From an uncultured Pseudomonadota bacterium (GTDB taxonomy: Bacteria > Pseudomonadota > Alphaproteobacteria > UBA9219), in assembly GCA_903869345.1 (NCBI GenBank), contig CAIPYM010000071.1, forward strand, positions 14,891 to 78,890: DNA of 64,000 bases, written 5' to 3'. Of the stretch, positions 41,562 through 51,459 are shown piece after piece (position 1 is the first letter of the stretch; every line of letters begins with the position of its first letter). Below the pieces are notes generated by a model, which made no database searches, was not told the origin of the DNA, and saw nothing but the letters and a program-made list of their open reading frames with translations. Made by a program: the position numbers and the translations under genes.

Positions 41562-42251
41562 TTAGCGTGCCAAAGGCTCAAACGTGGCATCGAAAAACGT
41601 CGCAAGATCTACAAAGGTGTGATCCACATAGGGATGCTTCGCGGGCTCAAACGGACGACCTTGCGTGATGTAAACAGTTGTCAGGCCCAGCCCCTTGGCG
41701 GGAGGCAAATTGCACAGCGTGTCCTCTACCATGACGGTTCCTTCCGCCGTCGTGCCCAACCGATCCAAGACGTGGCGATAAACTGCACCGTCTTCCTGTT
41801 GCTTGAAACGAAAGTCCAGATCCTCCAGCCCAAACACGTGGGAATCGGGAAAGAGGTCGTTCAAACCAAACCGATCCAGCACCCCCCGAATCCAAGCACG
41901 TGACCCGTGCGAGAGAATGGCTTTCTCCACCGGACACATCATCAAATGCTCGGCGGTGACGTGCAACGCCTCAACTACCGTTGGATTCAGTTCTTCTGAA
42001 AACGTGCCGTGGCAATCCTGTACAGGCAGGTCATAGAGTTTTTGAAAGGCTTCCACGCTTGAGCCCAGCGCCGCGTACGATCGCTCCGCCAGAATCAACG
42101 CATCCTCCGGCGACAAGGGGACGCCCAACCGCAAGGCCGCCCGCGCCGCAGCTTGGTTCACGTGCGCGTGAAAATCGGTGGTGAACGGGTAGAAAACGCC
42201 ATCAAAATCCAACAGCAGAACCTTCACCCGCTTGATCGCCTCACGCTCCAT
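41562..42251 (-). CDS. HAD-family hydrolase (pyrimidine 5'-nucleotidase-like)
   Basis: LLDFDGVFY (DxD), ILSHG, FKQ, MVEDTLCNL, GLTTV. Confidence 0.82.
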   Translation of the reverse strand: MEREAIKRVKVLLLDFDGVFYPFTTDFHAHVNQAAARAALRLGVPLSPEDALILAERSYAALGSSVEAFQKLYDLPVQDCHGTFSEELNPTVVEALHVTAEHLMMCPVEKAILSHGSRAWIRGVLDRFGLNDLFPDSHVFGLEDLDFRFKQQEDGAVYRHVLDRLGTTAEGTVMVEDTLCNLPPAKGLGLTTVYITQGRPFEPAKHPYVDHTFVDLATFFDATFEPLAR

Positions 42252-42453
42252 CGTTGCCGAGTCCTTCCTTGATCACAGAGGCTCTACGTGTTTGCCGTGC
42301 CCCTGTGCGTACGACGGGAAGAATCGCTCCCGAGAAAATCTTCCTTGCCACGCCTTTCCAAGAACAACAACGGTTTATCGGCGGCGAGAAAACCCTATAA
42401 TCCCCATCCGCGCGGCAAGGGCGAATCGCGCGAACACACAGGACAACACCCGC

Positions 42454-43071
42454 ATGGCGCAATCCGCACCGATCAAAACGCTTTTCTTGCTGCCAACCGT
42501 CCTCATCCTCGGGCTTGGGATCCGTGCCGCGTGTGCGGAGACACGTGCAAACGACGAGAGGGCATCAACGCACACCTTGCCCTCCCCGGCGATCTCGGAC
42601 CCGGCCAGCTCCGAATCATGGCAGCGCCTGGAAAGTTTTCTAGCAAAAAACCCGCCCCCCTCAACGACAGGCCCAACATCAACGGAAAAATTGTTGCCCT
42701 TGACACCGACCCTTCTCAAAGAGCCCATTACGGACAAGGAGCAACAAGCCCAAGATCGCCGTCGCCGCATCCTCGGCGACAAGGCCGCCGTTGTGATTCG
42801 CTACGCACCTCTTCCAGGAGACATTGTGCTCTCCCCTGAAGCGGCTGCGGCACTTGAAGCGAAGAAAGCAGCCTCTGAAACGGAAGAAGCAACGCTCACG
42901 ACCAACCGTAATAAGGCCTTTGAACGTAAGCTGACGACAATTCAGAAAGATCGGCAATTGTTGGAAGCGATCAAAGACGCTATCACAAGCCTTGATTCCT
43001 CACCGAAGGCATCACCCAACAAAAGAGACCTTGATTCCGATTCAACGGGACATGAACCAAAACGTGAATAA
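42454..43071 (+). CDS. Hypothetical exported protein
   Basis: Hydrophobic N-terminal signal-like stretch, coiled-coil C-terminus. Confidence 0.5.
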   Translation: MAQSAPIKTLFLLPTVLILGLGIRAACAETRANDERASTHTLPSPAISDPASSESWQRLESFLAKNPPPSTTGPTSTEKLLPLTPTLLKEPITDKEQQAQDRRRRILGDKAAVVIRYAPLPGDIVLSPEAAAALEAKKAASETEEATLTTNRNKAFERKLTTIQKDRQLLEAIKDAITSLDSSPKASPNKRDLDSDSTGHEPKRE

Positions 43072-43109
43072 CTCGCTGCCTCTTAAATGTTTGAAGGAGA
43101 ATATCCCCG

Positions 43110-44075
43110 ATGGTTTTCCGCACCGTTCTCCTCAAACGCTTTGCCCTTCCGATTTTGGCCGTGCTGGGTCTTGGGCTTGGCCTGTACTTTGCCGCGGTGC
43201 TGGCCAACCCGTCGGAACCGCCGCCTCAGCAATTGGGGTTGCCCCCTGAAAGTCCTTACACGCACACGGTCTCGGGATCCGGGCTTGTGGAGGCCAACAC
43301 ACGGAATATCGCCCTTGGCGTCCCAACCGGCGGCCTGGTCAGCGACGTGCGGGTGACGGAGGGTGATGAGGTGGCCGCCGGGGATGTCCTGGTGCGGCTC
43401 GATGATCGCGCGTTGCAAGCGGACCGGGCCGTTCAGGAACAAAATGTCGCGCTGGTGGGTGCCCAACGGACCGAAGCCGAGGTGCATCGCGCCGACGCCT
43501 ACGATCAACTTCACCGCGCCGAACGCTTGAAGGCGGGCCTCAGCGTCAGCGAGGACAGGCTGGCACGTCTACGATTTTCGGCGCAAAGCGCGGACACGGC
43601 GTTGGCCTCTATGAAGGCGCAGCAGGCGTTGGCCGAGGCCCGACTCGCCGCCGCGCAAGTGGCCATCAACGAACGTCTCATCACCGCGCCCGTCGCGGGC
43701 CGTATTTTGAAAGTGAACGTGACGCTCGGCGCGTACATCGCCCCGCAAACCAACACCGCCGCCTTGGTGCTGGGCAACGATGATCCTCTTTATGTGCGCG
43801 TGAGCGTGGACGAGAACGACCTCTGGCGCTTGCAACCGGGGGCAAAAGCTACGGGGGCTCTGCGCAGCCACGCCGCCATCGGCTTTCCCCTCACGTTCGT
43901 GCGGATCGAGCCTTACGTGATTCCCAAAACCTCCCTCACGGGCAGCCTGTCCGAGCGCGTGGACACGCGGACCATGGACGTTCTGTTCAAGGTGGAGCCC
44001 TCTCCGGACGGTCGGGCGTGGCCGCTTTACATCGGTCAGCAAGTGGACGTCTTCATCCACGCGCCCAAAACGTAA
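43110..44075 (+). CDS. HlyD/RND periplasmic adaptor subunit
   Basis: GSGLVEA, VTEGDEVAAGDVL, ITAPVAGRILKVN, VSVDENDL, GQQVDVFI. Confidence 0.86.
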   Translation: MVFRTVLLKRFALPILAVLGLGLGLYFAAVLANPSEPPPQQLGLPPESPYTHTVSGSGLVEANTRNIALGVPTGGLVSDVRVTEGDEVAAGDVLVRLDDRALQADRAVQEQNVALVGAQRTEAEVHRADAYDQLHRAERLKAGLSVSEDRLARLRFSAQSADTALASMKAQQALAEARLAAAQVAINERLITAPVAGRILKVNVTLGAYIAPQTNTAALVLGNDDPLYVRVSVDENDLWRLQPGAKATGALRSHAAIGFPLTFVRIEPYVIPKTSLTGSLSERVDTRTMDVLFKVEPSPDGRAWPLYIGQQVDVFIHAPKT

Positions 44076-44091
44076 CCGCCCTTTTTTCGGA

Positions 44092-44184
44092 AGAACCAAC
44101 CTCCGATAAAAGGACCCTCTCGTTGTGGGCGCATGGGGTGCGGGAGGTGCCGTAGGATTCCCTCTCCCTCCGAGGGAGAGGGTT
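44092..44184 (+). repeat. ~95-bp element homologous to 2000-2094
   Basis: Shared ends AGAACCAAC(C/T)TCCGATAAAAGG ... CCCTCTCCC.CCGAGGGAGAGGGTTA at near-identical spacing. Confidence 0.75.
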
Positions 44185-44368
44185 ACCCCCCTGACCGGCT
44201 ACGGCCATGTGTCCACCGAACGGCAGGGGAAGATGATGGGGGGCTCGGGCAAGCCAAGGCAGCCCCCCCAACCGGACGATAAGAGGGCCGAGAAAACGGC
44301 TGAGATGGTTGCAGAGAAGATGAAAAAAGGGCGAGAATCTCAATGAGTTTCCGATTTCCGTCGCCGAG

Positions 44369-47300
44369 TTGAACATGGAATCCCATGCGTCGTTAATCTC
44401 CTTCGATTTTCTTCGGCGGGTCTGGGGCGATGGTTACGCGACCTATTGCCAGTCCGGGGAGGATGCCCGCCTTCTTGATACCCTTCGAACATGGGAGGGG
44501 CGTTCCAAGAAAAATGAAACATCGGATGAAGTGGCTTTCATCAAGCATTTTTTTGTGAAGGTCTGGGGCTATCGGTTAAACGGCGAGGGCGAAGGCTACA
44601 CGATCCACCCCAAACATACAGTCAGCCAAGGCAGTGCGCCAGGAAACGTCGGGATCGCCGATGCCGCCCTGGGCTGGTTTGACCATCCGACCATTCCTTC
44701 CGTTCCTATCGCCCTGTGCGAGTTTAAGGACATTCACTCGAATCTGGATGCTCCGCAGAAACGCAAGAATGACAAACGCAGTCCCGTGAAGCAATGCGCC
44801 GAATACCTGCGCGAAGCCGCCCGTGAATCCTATGGCAACGAGCGCTTCCAGCCGCTTTGGGGTTTTGTATCGGACATGAACGAGTTTCGCCTGTATTGGC
44901 GCAACACCATTCCGAATCAATGCCAAAGGTTTGTTTTAGAACGCACAGGCTTAGAGCCTGCTCATGATCTTCTGAGGAGCAAGGCGAGGAAAGCGAAGAC
45001 GACCATTTGCAGGCTGGTGTTGAGTTTGCGTTCGCAGTTTTTCCAGAGCCTGCGCCACTTCTCAAGCCAACCGAACGAGCGTTCGACGACCCAACGCTTG
45101 GGGATGACGGCGAACGTATGCAGCTCGCTGCGCTTGGCGACTTTGACCGTGGTCCCCAGCGTTTCTCGGACTCCCGTGGCGAAAGGCTCTCCCGTGTAAC
45201 CGCCATCAACGAGCACGTTTTGCACGCGGGTCAGGTTGGCGTGAGGGAGGGAGAAAGCGGCCAAAGCCCCGGCGCGATCGGTCACATCAGCGGTGGTCAC
45301 ATGGATCATATGTGGCAGGCCGTTGGTGTCGACACCGATGTGGCGTTTGATGCCGGAAATGAGCTTGCCGCCGTCAAACCCTTTGTTTTCTGCCGTGTCT
45401 GTGTTCTTGACGCTTTGTGAGTCAACGATCAGAAAGGTTGTTTGCGCGTGTCGACCAAGGCTGTGTCGGACCCCGCCAACCACCTTTTTTTAACGCCTCC
45501 TCGAGGAGACTTGGACTGTCCTGACCTTGTGCTCCCCATTTCTGAAAATAGTCGAAGGCCAAGAGGTCTGGGATAAATTGAAAAAGCTGTTTGACGCGAT
45601 GGACGCAGGCGGACGGTTTGGAGATAAAACGCTCAACCGTTTCAACGGTGGCCTGTTCCGTCCCGATCCAGTGCTTGATGGCCTGCGCCTTCCCAACAAG
45701 GTTTTCTGTGAGAAACTGCAGGCCGAAAGCGTAGCGTTTCTAAACGCGCAAAAAGAAACGCTTCTCTATCTGGCGGCCACCTATAATTTTGGCATTCATG
45801 CCAGCGGACAAAAATCCATCACGCTTTACACGTTGGGTCGTATTTTCGAACAATCCATCACCGAACTTGAAAAGCTGAAAGCCGAAGCCGACCAGCGTGT
45901 TTCGTTGACGGTCATTTCCAAGCGTAAGCTTGATGGCGTGTACTACACGCCTGAATGGGTGGTGGCCCAGGTTGTCCAAGAAACCATCGGCACGCGCTTG
46001 GCCGAATTGAGGAACGAGGCCGGGTGGGACGATAGCGAACCCATTCCCGAGCCCAAAGACAAAAAAGCACGGCTTGCCCTGCACCACACTTTGCTGGCCT
46101 ATCTTGAACGTCTTGGAACCTGGCGGGTGGTGGACCCGGCCTGTGGTTCAGGCGCATTTCTCATTCATGCGCTTGAATATCTTTTGGCCGAACGACAAAG
46201 AGCCAAGGCCGTGTTAAACGAAATTGGCGTTCTGACTGAAACAGAACGTGATGCCGAGAACGATATACGTTTCATTCTCGCTCAGAACATCTATGGCGTG
46301 GATATCAACCCCGCCTCCATCGAAATCGCCCGTTTAGCCTTATGGCTGCATACCACCCGCGCCGACCGTCCGTTGTGCGATCTTGACCAGAACATTGTTG
46401 AAGGCAATGCACTGGTGGGCACAGATTTTTACGGCAACAAGAAGGGGAAAGATTTATGGGACGCCGAGCAGCGTGACGCCATCAACGCCTTCGACTGGCC
46501 AAAAGCTTTTCCAACCATTTTCGAGCGTGGCGGGTTTGATTGCGTGATTGGCAATCCGCCTTATGTGAAACTGCAAAATCTACGGAAGGTGAGCCCCACG
46601 GTCGCAAGCGGCAACTATGATTTATTTCTGCCTTTTGTTGAACGCGGCTTGATGCTGCTGCGTGAACAGGGTCGGCTTGGCTACATCGCCCCGTCCTTGT
46701 GGCTGAAAAACGCGTACGGGAAAGGCCTGCGCAAACTGATTCAGCAGGGGAAGTATCTGGAACGCTGGATCGATTTTCGTGATTTCCAGGTGTTCGACGA
46801 AGCCATCACCTACACGGCCCTTCAGTTCTATAACAAAAGCGCCTGTGAAAAAATCAGCTTCGCCTTTGCGTCCGATGGGCAGGTCGGGGGGATTGATTGG
46901 TCGACGCCCGATGGCACGGCCAGCTATGCCACACTGCCCACTGAAGACGTCTGGATTTTTGCTCCGCAGGACGAGAAGGCTTTGCTTGATAAGCTGGCCA
47001 AGAAATGTAGAAAACTGGGTGATTCTGACGTGGCACAAATCGTCGTTGGGGTGCAGACAAGTGCTGACAAGATTTATCACCTTAAACGCCTTGGAGAGAA
47101 CCGCTACCAAACACAGGTGGAGACTGAAGTGGCGATTGAAGACTCCATCATGCGCCCCCATGTCTCTGGTGAAGAAGCCAAGCGTTACCTGCACCCGGAA
47201 ACGGAAACGTGGCTGTTGTTACCCTATGCCCTCGACAACGAAAACACCCCCTGCTTGATTACAAAACGAGAATTTTTAAAAAATATCCAAACGCATGGCG

Positions 47301-48254
47301 CTATATTTGTGATAACGAGATCGTTTTGCGTAGACGAGAGAATGGCAAAATGGATCAAGACAATGGCTGGTGGGGTTACGTCTATCCCAAAAATATCAAC
47401 AAACAACATTTACCCAAACTCCTCATCCCACGCCTAACTGAAAAATTAGGATGTGGCATTGACGCTGACGGCTTATTTGCGACAGATAATGTCGACGTGA
47501 ATGGTGTTATCCCCAAGCGAAGGGACGACTTGTATTTTCTTACCGCCATTTTAAATGGCCCCGTTGCTAATTTCGTGTGGCGAAGAATCTCCAAACCATT
47601 TCAAAACAACTTCATGTCGGCCAACAAACAATTTATCGCCCCTCTGCCCGTCCCTCAAGCGACCCCGCAACAATGCGCTGAAATCGCTGCGGCTGCTCAA
47701 AAACTTGAATCGATGCACTCTGATCTGCGCAGCCTGTACGCTGACGCCAAGAAACGTCTTGAAACCTGCCAATGGACGGAACACCAAGAAAGCCTTCTGT
47801 GGCCCGAACTGGAAGCGTTCAAAGGCCGTGGCGTGACAACCGAGCGCCTGGCGCGGCTGAAAGAATTGAAAGAAAGACTTAAGGAAGCACTCAGCGTTGA
47901 CGGCGAACTGTTGGTCGTTTGGAAAAAGGGCGAGTTATCCCTCCACGTTGGCAAGGCTCCTGTGCTTGACAACCTCTTCCTGACAGAAAGCCAAGGGCAG
48001 CTTTTGGCGATGGCGTGGCGCACAGCCTCTTGACCACACCTAGCCTGCGCGGAAACATTGACCGGCTTGTGGCGCGTCTGTGCCAAGTCCCCGCTACAAC
48101 AAACGCCTCTTTGCAGCAACAGCTTGCAGAGATAGACGCCAAGGTTGCTTCATTGCGATCTGAAATAGCCGCTGCTGAGTCCGCGATGAACGAAACTCTT
48201 TTTGCCCTCTACCGCCTCAAACCCGCCGAATGCGCGATGGTTTTGGCGGGATAA
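44369..48254 (+). pseudogene. Type IIG/Eco57I-like fused restriction-modification enzyme, disrupted
   Basis: PD-(D/E)xK IADAAL...LCEFKD; N6-MTase DPACGSGAFL and NPPY; TaqI-C-like KLLIPRL; interrupted by IS at ~44951-45552, frameshifts at ~47278 and ~48020. Confidence 0.85.
44951..45552 (-). mobile_element. Truncated IS5-family element (orfB plus end of orfA)
   Basis: DSQSVK, GFDGGKLISGIKRHIGVDTNG, RWVVERSFGWL; A7 frameshift run at 45485-45491; end TTAGAGCCTG at 44951; 5' half missing. Confidence 0.87.
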
Positions 48255-48385
48255 GAATTCAGCCTGGGGGCATAAAGGGGGGCACATGCGGACATGCAGA
48301 ATATGTTTCCGTTACCTATCAATATAAGGTGCTTCGAATCTCAGCTTTCAACAGAGGGAACGGGAGAGAGAGGCTGTCGCCCCCC

Positions 48386-49078
48386 TTAATCAATCCGTCC
48401 GGCTCCGCTGAGAGAGCGGAGTCCCTGCGAGCGCCAACGTGACAAGGCCTCCGTGCGGCTGCTTGTCTGAGGTGCGCGCACGTCGCCCGCGCCGCGCACA
48501 TCCCCCATTTGTTCTTGATCAAAGAGGTCAACAAGGGATTGAGGCAAGCGGCCATGCTCGGGAAAGCCACTGCCGATTCCTTCTTCCTCGCGGCCCCGAG
48601 GTCCACAGAAAAGAATCTGAGCCGTGCGACCATTACAGTTGGAATGCCACCCCGAATGCAAAAGCTTTTGCATGTCTCGGGATAGTTCCGGCAAACGGCC
48701 AAGAACATCTTGCAGAAGGGGGCGTAGGCTTTCGACTAAACGGTCGCTTGCCCGCTCAACCTCCTGGTGCCCACGTCCTGCCAAATCTTCATATTCATCG
48801 CGAAAGACATGAAGACGTCTAAGGATGTCGACCAGGCGTGTGGCCTTCTTTTGCCGCTGCTCATGCGATGCAAGATCAGAATCATCGAGGTAGGGTGGTT
48901 TGGTGTAAACGTCTACGGCCGTGGTGAACTGATCAATCACCACCTGGGCCCATCCCATCCATACGGAACACGAAGGTTTTACATCCACCATGGTGCCAAA
49001 CTCCATCCGATTCGTGCGCCCTAAACGGTACCGACGCCCGTGGTTGTCAAAATCTCCGAATCCCTCTTCCCCCCCCAC
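48386..49078 (-). CDS. Hypothetical protein
   Basis: 230-codon ORF between the RM relic and the tRNA; helical, no motif recognised; start uncertain. Confidence 0.35.
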   Translation of the reverse strand: MGGEEGFGDFDNHGRRYRLGRTNRMEFGTMVDVKPSCSVWMGWAQVVIDQFTTAVDVYTKPPYLDDSDLASHEQRQKKATRLVDILRRLHVFRDEYEDLAGRGHQEVERASDRLVESLRPLLQDVLGRLPELSRDMQKLLHSGWHSNCNGRTAQILFCGPRGREEEGIGSGFPEHGRLPQSLVDLFDQEQMGDVRGAGDVRAPQTSSRTEALSRWRSQGLRSLSGAGRID

Positions 49079-49194
49079 TTAGTCTAGGCCAGAGACGACT
49101 CCTTTCTCAAGAGCCGTGTCAGTTGGCCGTGTCAGCTGGCCCCTTGTGTTTTGGAGCAGTATCGGACAAGGTGACCGTCCTTTTCCGCGACCGT

Positions 49195-49270
49195 GGGGCC
49201 ATAGCTCAGCTGGGAGAGCGCGACAATGGCATTGTCGAGGTCAGGGGTTCGATCCCCCTTGGCTCCACCA
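49195..49270 (+). tRNA. tRNA-Ala(GGC)
   Basis: 76-nt cloverleaf GGGGCCA..TGGCTCCACCA; anticodon loop ATGGCAT with the A32-U38 pair typical of Ala(GGC); GTTCGA T-loop; encoded CCA. Confidence 0.97.
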
Positions 49271-49383
49271 TTTACACTTCCGAACATATCTCAAGACATC
49301 CAGGAAAACGGCAAAAACGGCCGTTTTCCATGGGGTTTTCGTCCCAAGAGCGTCCAGGGCATCCGTTGACATCCGGCCCCCCG

Positions 49384-49434
49384 TGGGGGCAACTTTGGGG
49401 GCAAGTGGATCATGCCGCTAAAGAGTTGCCCCCA
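49384..49434 (+). promoter_or_regulatory. Integrase arm-type sites (attL arm)
   Basis: TGGGGGCAACTTTGGGGGCA (49384-49403) and inverted TTGCCCCCA overlapping the int ATG. Confidence 0.72.
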
Positions 49435-50648
49435 TGCCGCTCACGAACACCGCGATTCGCCAGGCCAAGCCCACCGGGAAAACGGCCAAACTTTTTGACG
49501 ACCGGGGGCTGTACCTGGAGGTTTCTCCGACCGGGGGGAAGTGGTGGCGGCTGAAATATCGCTTTGACGGCAAAGAAAAGCGGTTGTCCCTGGGGGTCTA
49601 TCCCGACGTCAGCCTGAAAGACGCCCGCGAACGCCGCGACGAGGCCCGCAAGCGGCTTGCCGGTGGCATTGACCCCAGCGCATACCGCAAAATTCAGAAA
49701 ACGGCCGAGATCGCGCTCTCCGAACACAGTTTTGAGATCGTCGCTCGTGAGTGGGTGGCCAAGTACACCCCCCGCTGGGCCCCATCACATGCCAACAAGA
49801 TTCTTCAAAGGCTCGAAAAAGACGTCTTCCCCTGGATTGGTTCCAGACCCCTTGCGGAGATCACGGCTCCAGAATTGCTTGCGGTCCTGCGCCGCATCGA
49901 AACACGGGGTGCGGTGGATACCTCCCACCGTGCACAACAAAATTGCGGCCAGGTTTTTCGTTATGGGATTGCCACCGGACGTTGCGAACGTAACCCGGCG
50001 GGGGACCTTCGCGGCGCGTTGGCCCCGGTCCAGCACCGGCATTTCGCGGCGATCGTTGACCCCGACGACGTGGGGGCTTTGCTGCGCGCGATTGACGGGT
50101 TTCGAGGAACGCTTGTTGTCCAAAGTGCCTTGAGGCTTGCGCCGCTTCTCTTTGTGCGGCCGGGCGAGCTGCGCCACGCGAAGTGGGAACACTTCAACTT
50201 GGTCAAACGCGAGTGGCGCTACACGGTCAGCAAAACCAAAACCGAGCACCTTGTTCCCCTGGCCGATCAGGTCGTCGCGATCCTGGAGGACCTGCGCCCT
50301 CTGACGGGCAACCGGACGTATGTTTTCCCAGGGCGTGATCCCCTGAAACCCATGAGCGACGCCGCCATCAACGCGGCTCTGAAGCGCATGGGCTATGACA
50401 CCAAGACAGAGATCACCGGGCACGGCTTTCGTGCCATGGCTCGGACGATCCTGCATCAGGAACTGGGGATTCAACCGGAGGTGATTGAGCACCAGCTGGC
50501 CCACCGCGTGCCCGATGCCCTTGGCACCGCTTACAACCGCACCAAATTCCTCCCCCAACGCCGCGCCATGATGCAGCAGTGGGCGGATTATCTGGATAAG
50601 ATGAAAAGGGGGGCCGAGATTGTGGCGCTGCCCAAGAGAGCTTCATGA
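49434..50648 (+). CDS. P4-type tyrosine integrase
   Basis: Arm-binding domain KLFDDRGLYLEVSPTGGKWWRLKYRFDGKEKRLSLGVYP; catalytic RPGE, KTK, HGFR, QLAH, AYNR. Confidence 0.95.
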   Translation: MPLTNTAIRQAKPTGKTAKLFDDRGLYLEVSPTGGKWWRLKYRFDGKEKRLSLGVYPDVSLKDARERRDEARKRLAGGIDPSAYRKIQKTAEIALSEHSFEIVAREWVAKYTPRWAPSHANKILQRLEKDVFPWIGSRPLAEITAPELLAVLRRIETRGAVDTSHRAQQNCGQVFRYGIATGRCERNPAGDLRGALAPVQHRHFAAIVDPDDVGALLRAIDGFRGTLVVQSALRLAPLLFVRPGELRHAKWEHFNLVKREWRYTVSKTKTEHLVPLADQVVAILEDLRPLTGNRTYVFPGRDPLKPMSDAAINAALKRMGYDTKTEITGHGFRAMARTILHQELGIQPEVIEHQLAHRVPDALGTAYNRTKFLPQRRAMMQQWADYLDKMKRGAEIVALPKRAS

Positions 50649-50684
50649 TGGGATGCTGGTGACGATCACGAGCCTATTGGAATG

Positions 50685-50720
50685 GTCCTGGTTTCCCGAC
50701 CGATTCGACTGTGGTAGGCA
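50685..50720 (+). CRISPR. Orphan degenerate CRISPR repeat
   Basis: GTCCTGGTTTCCCGACCGATTCGACTGTGGTAGGCA aligns ungapped to the array repeat at 27/36, same orientation. Confidence 0.82.
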
Positions 50721-50782
50721 CGAGAAAACGAGGCATGAAGCGGAAGCCTTAGAAGGGGTTGGAATAAGGTGTTGAGGGGGAA

Positions 50783-51217
50783 ATGATGAATCGAGACCTT
50801 GCCATTGCCGCCACAGCCATCTACGGCCCTCGCTGGCAAAGTGAATTATCTCGCCACCTAGGCGTGAACGACCGCACTGTGCGGTATTGGGTGGCTGGCC
50901 GCCAGGTTCCTGACGGGGTGCTGGCGGCCCTCGCCGAGGCTTACGCTGACCGTGCCCTTGCCGTGATGTCCAACCTCGGTATGGGCGGACAGCCGATGGC
51001 CCTGGCCGTGTACGAAAACGATGAGGACCTAAAACGAATCACGGGGGACGAATGGAGTGCGGCGTTTCACACGCGAATCATGCAGCGCGTGGCGGAAAAA
51101 ACAGGTTCATCCCTCGTGACGGTACGCGCGGACGAGTACTTTGCGTGGCTGGAGGGCTCAGGGCAAGAGAACACGCCAGCGGCGCGTACGGCTTATGGCC
51201 GCAGAGTCAACGGGTGA
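50783..51217 (+). CDS. HTH-domain protein fused to an unknown C-terminal domain
   Basis: YGPRWQSELSRHLGVNDRTVRYWVAG (Cro/XRE-like HTH); GAGGGGG RBS. Confidence 0.72.
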   Translation: MMNRDLAIAATAIYGPRWQSELSRHLGVNDRTVRYWVAGRQVPDGVLAALAEAYADRALAVMSNLGMGGQPMALAVYENDEDLKRITGDEWSAAFHTRIMQRVAEKTGSSLVTVRADEYFAWLEGSGQENTPAARTAYGRRVNG

Positions 51218-51459
51218 ATGAAGAAACAAGAGCACCGGAGGCTTACGAAGCCGAAGCGGATCGTCAACAGTTGCACATGGCCTGTTTGATGGTGGTGAAA
51301 ATGGCGGGAGCGTTTTCTGTTCAAATCCACCGTGCGTTGTCTCGAAAAGCCGTGTTCAAGACCTCAACCTCGCGCATAAAAAAGGTATGTTTCCTTAACA
51401 AACCTGTTTGCCTTGAAGACCAAAGCGCCGTGGTTTCCCTACCGATTTGCCCATGGTAG
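51214..51459 (+). CDS. Possible 81-aa ORF coupled to the HTH gene, ending inside repeat 1
   Basis: GTGA start/stop overlap at 51214-51217; open until TAG in repeat 1. Confidence 0.3.
   Translation: MNEETRAPEAYEAEADRQQLHMACLMVVKMAGAFSVQIHRALSRKAVFKTSTSRIKKVCFLNKPVCLEDQSAVVSLPICPW

Noticed and set aside
44951-45199. C-terminal part of the 276-aa ORF 44369-45199
   Set aside because: Read-through into the antisense strand of the IS5 fragment, not genuine RM sequence
50750-50795. Spacer 1 resembling the HTH gene RBS region (self-targeting)
   Set aside because: Only short purine-rich patches match, and the seed does not; no convincing spacer match was seen by eye in the window (not exhaustive)
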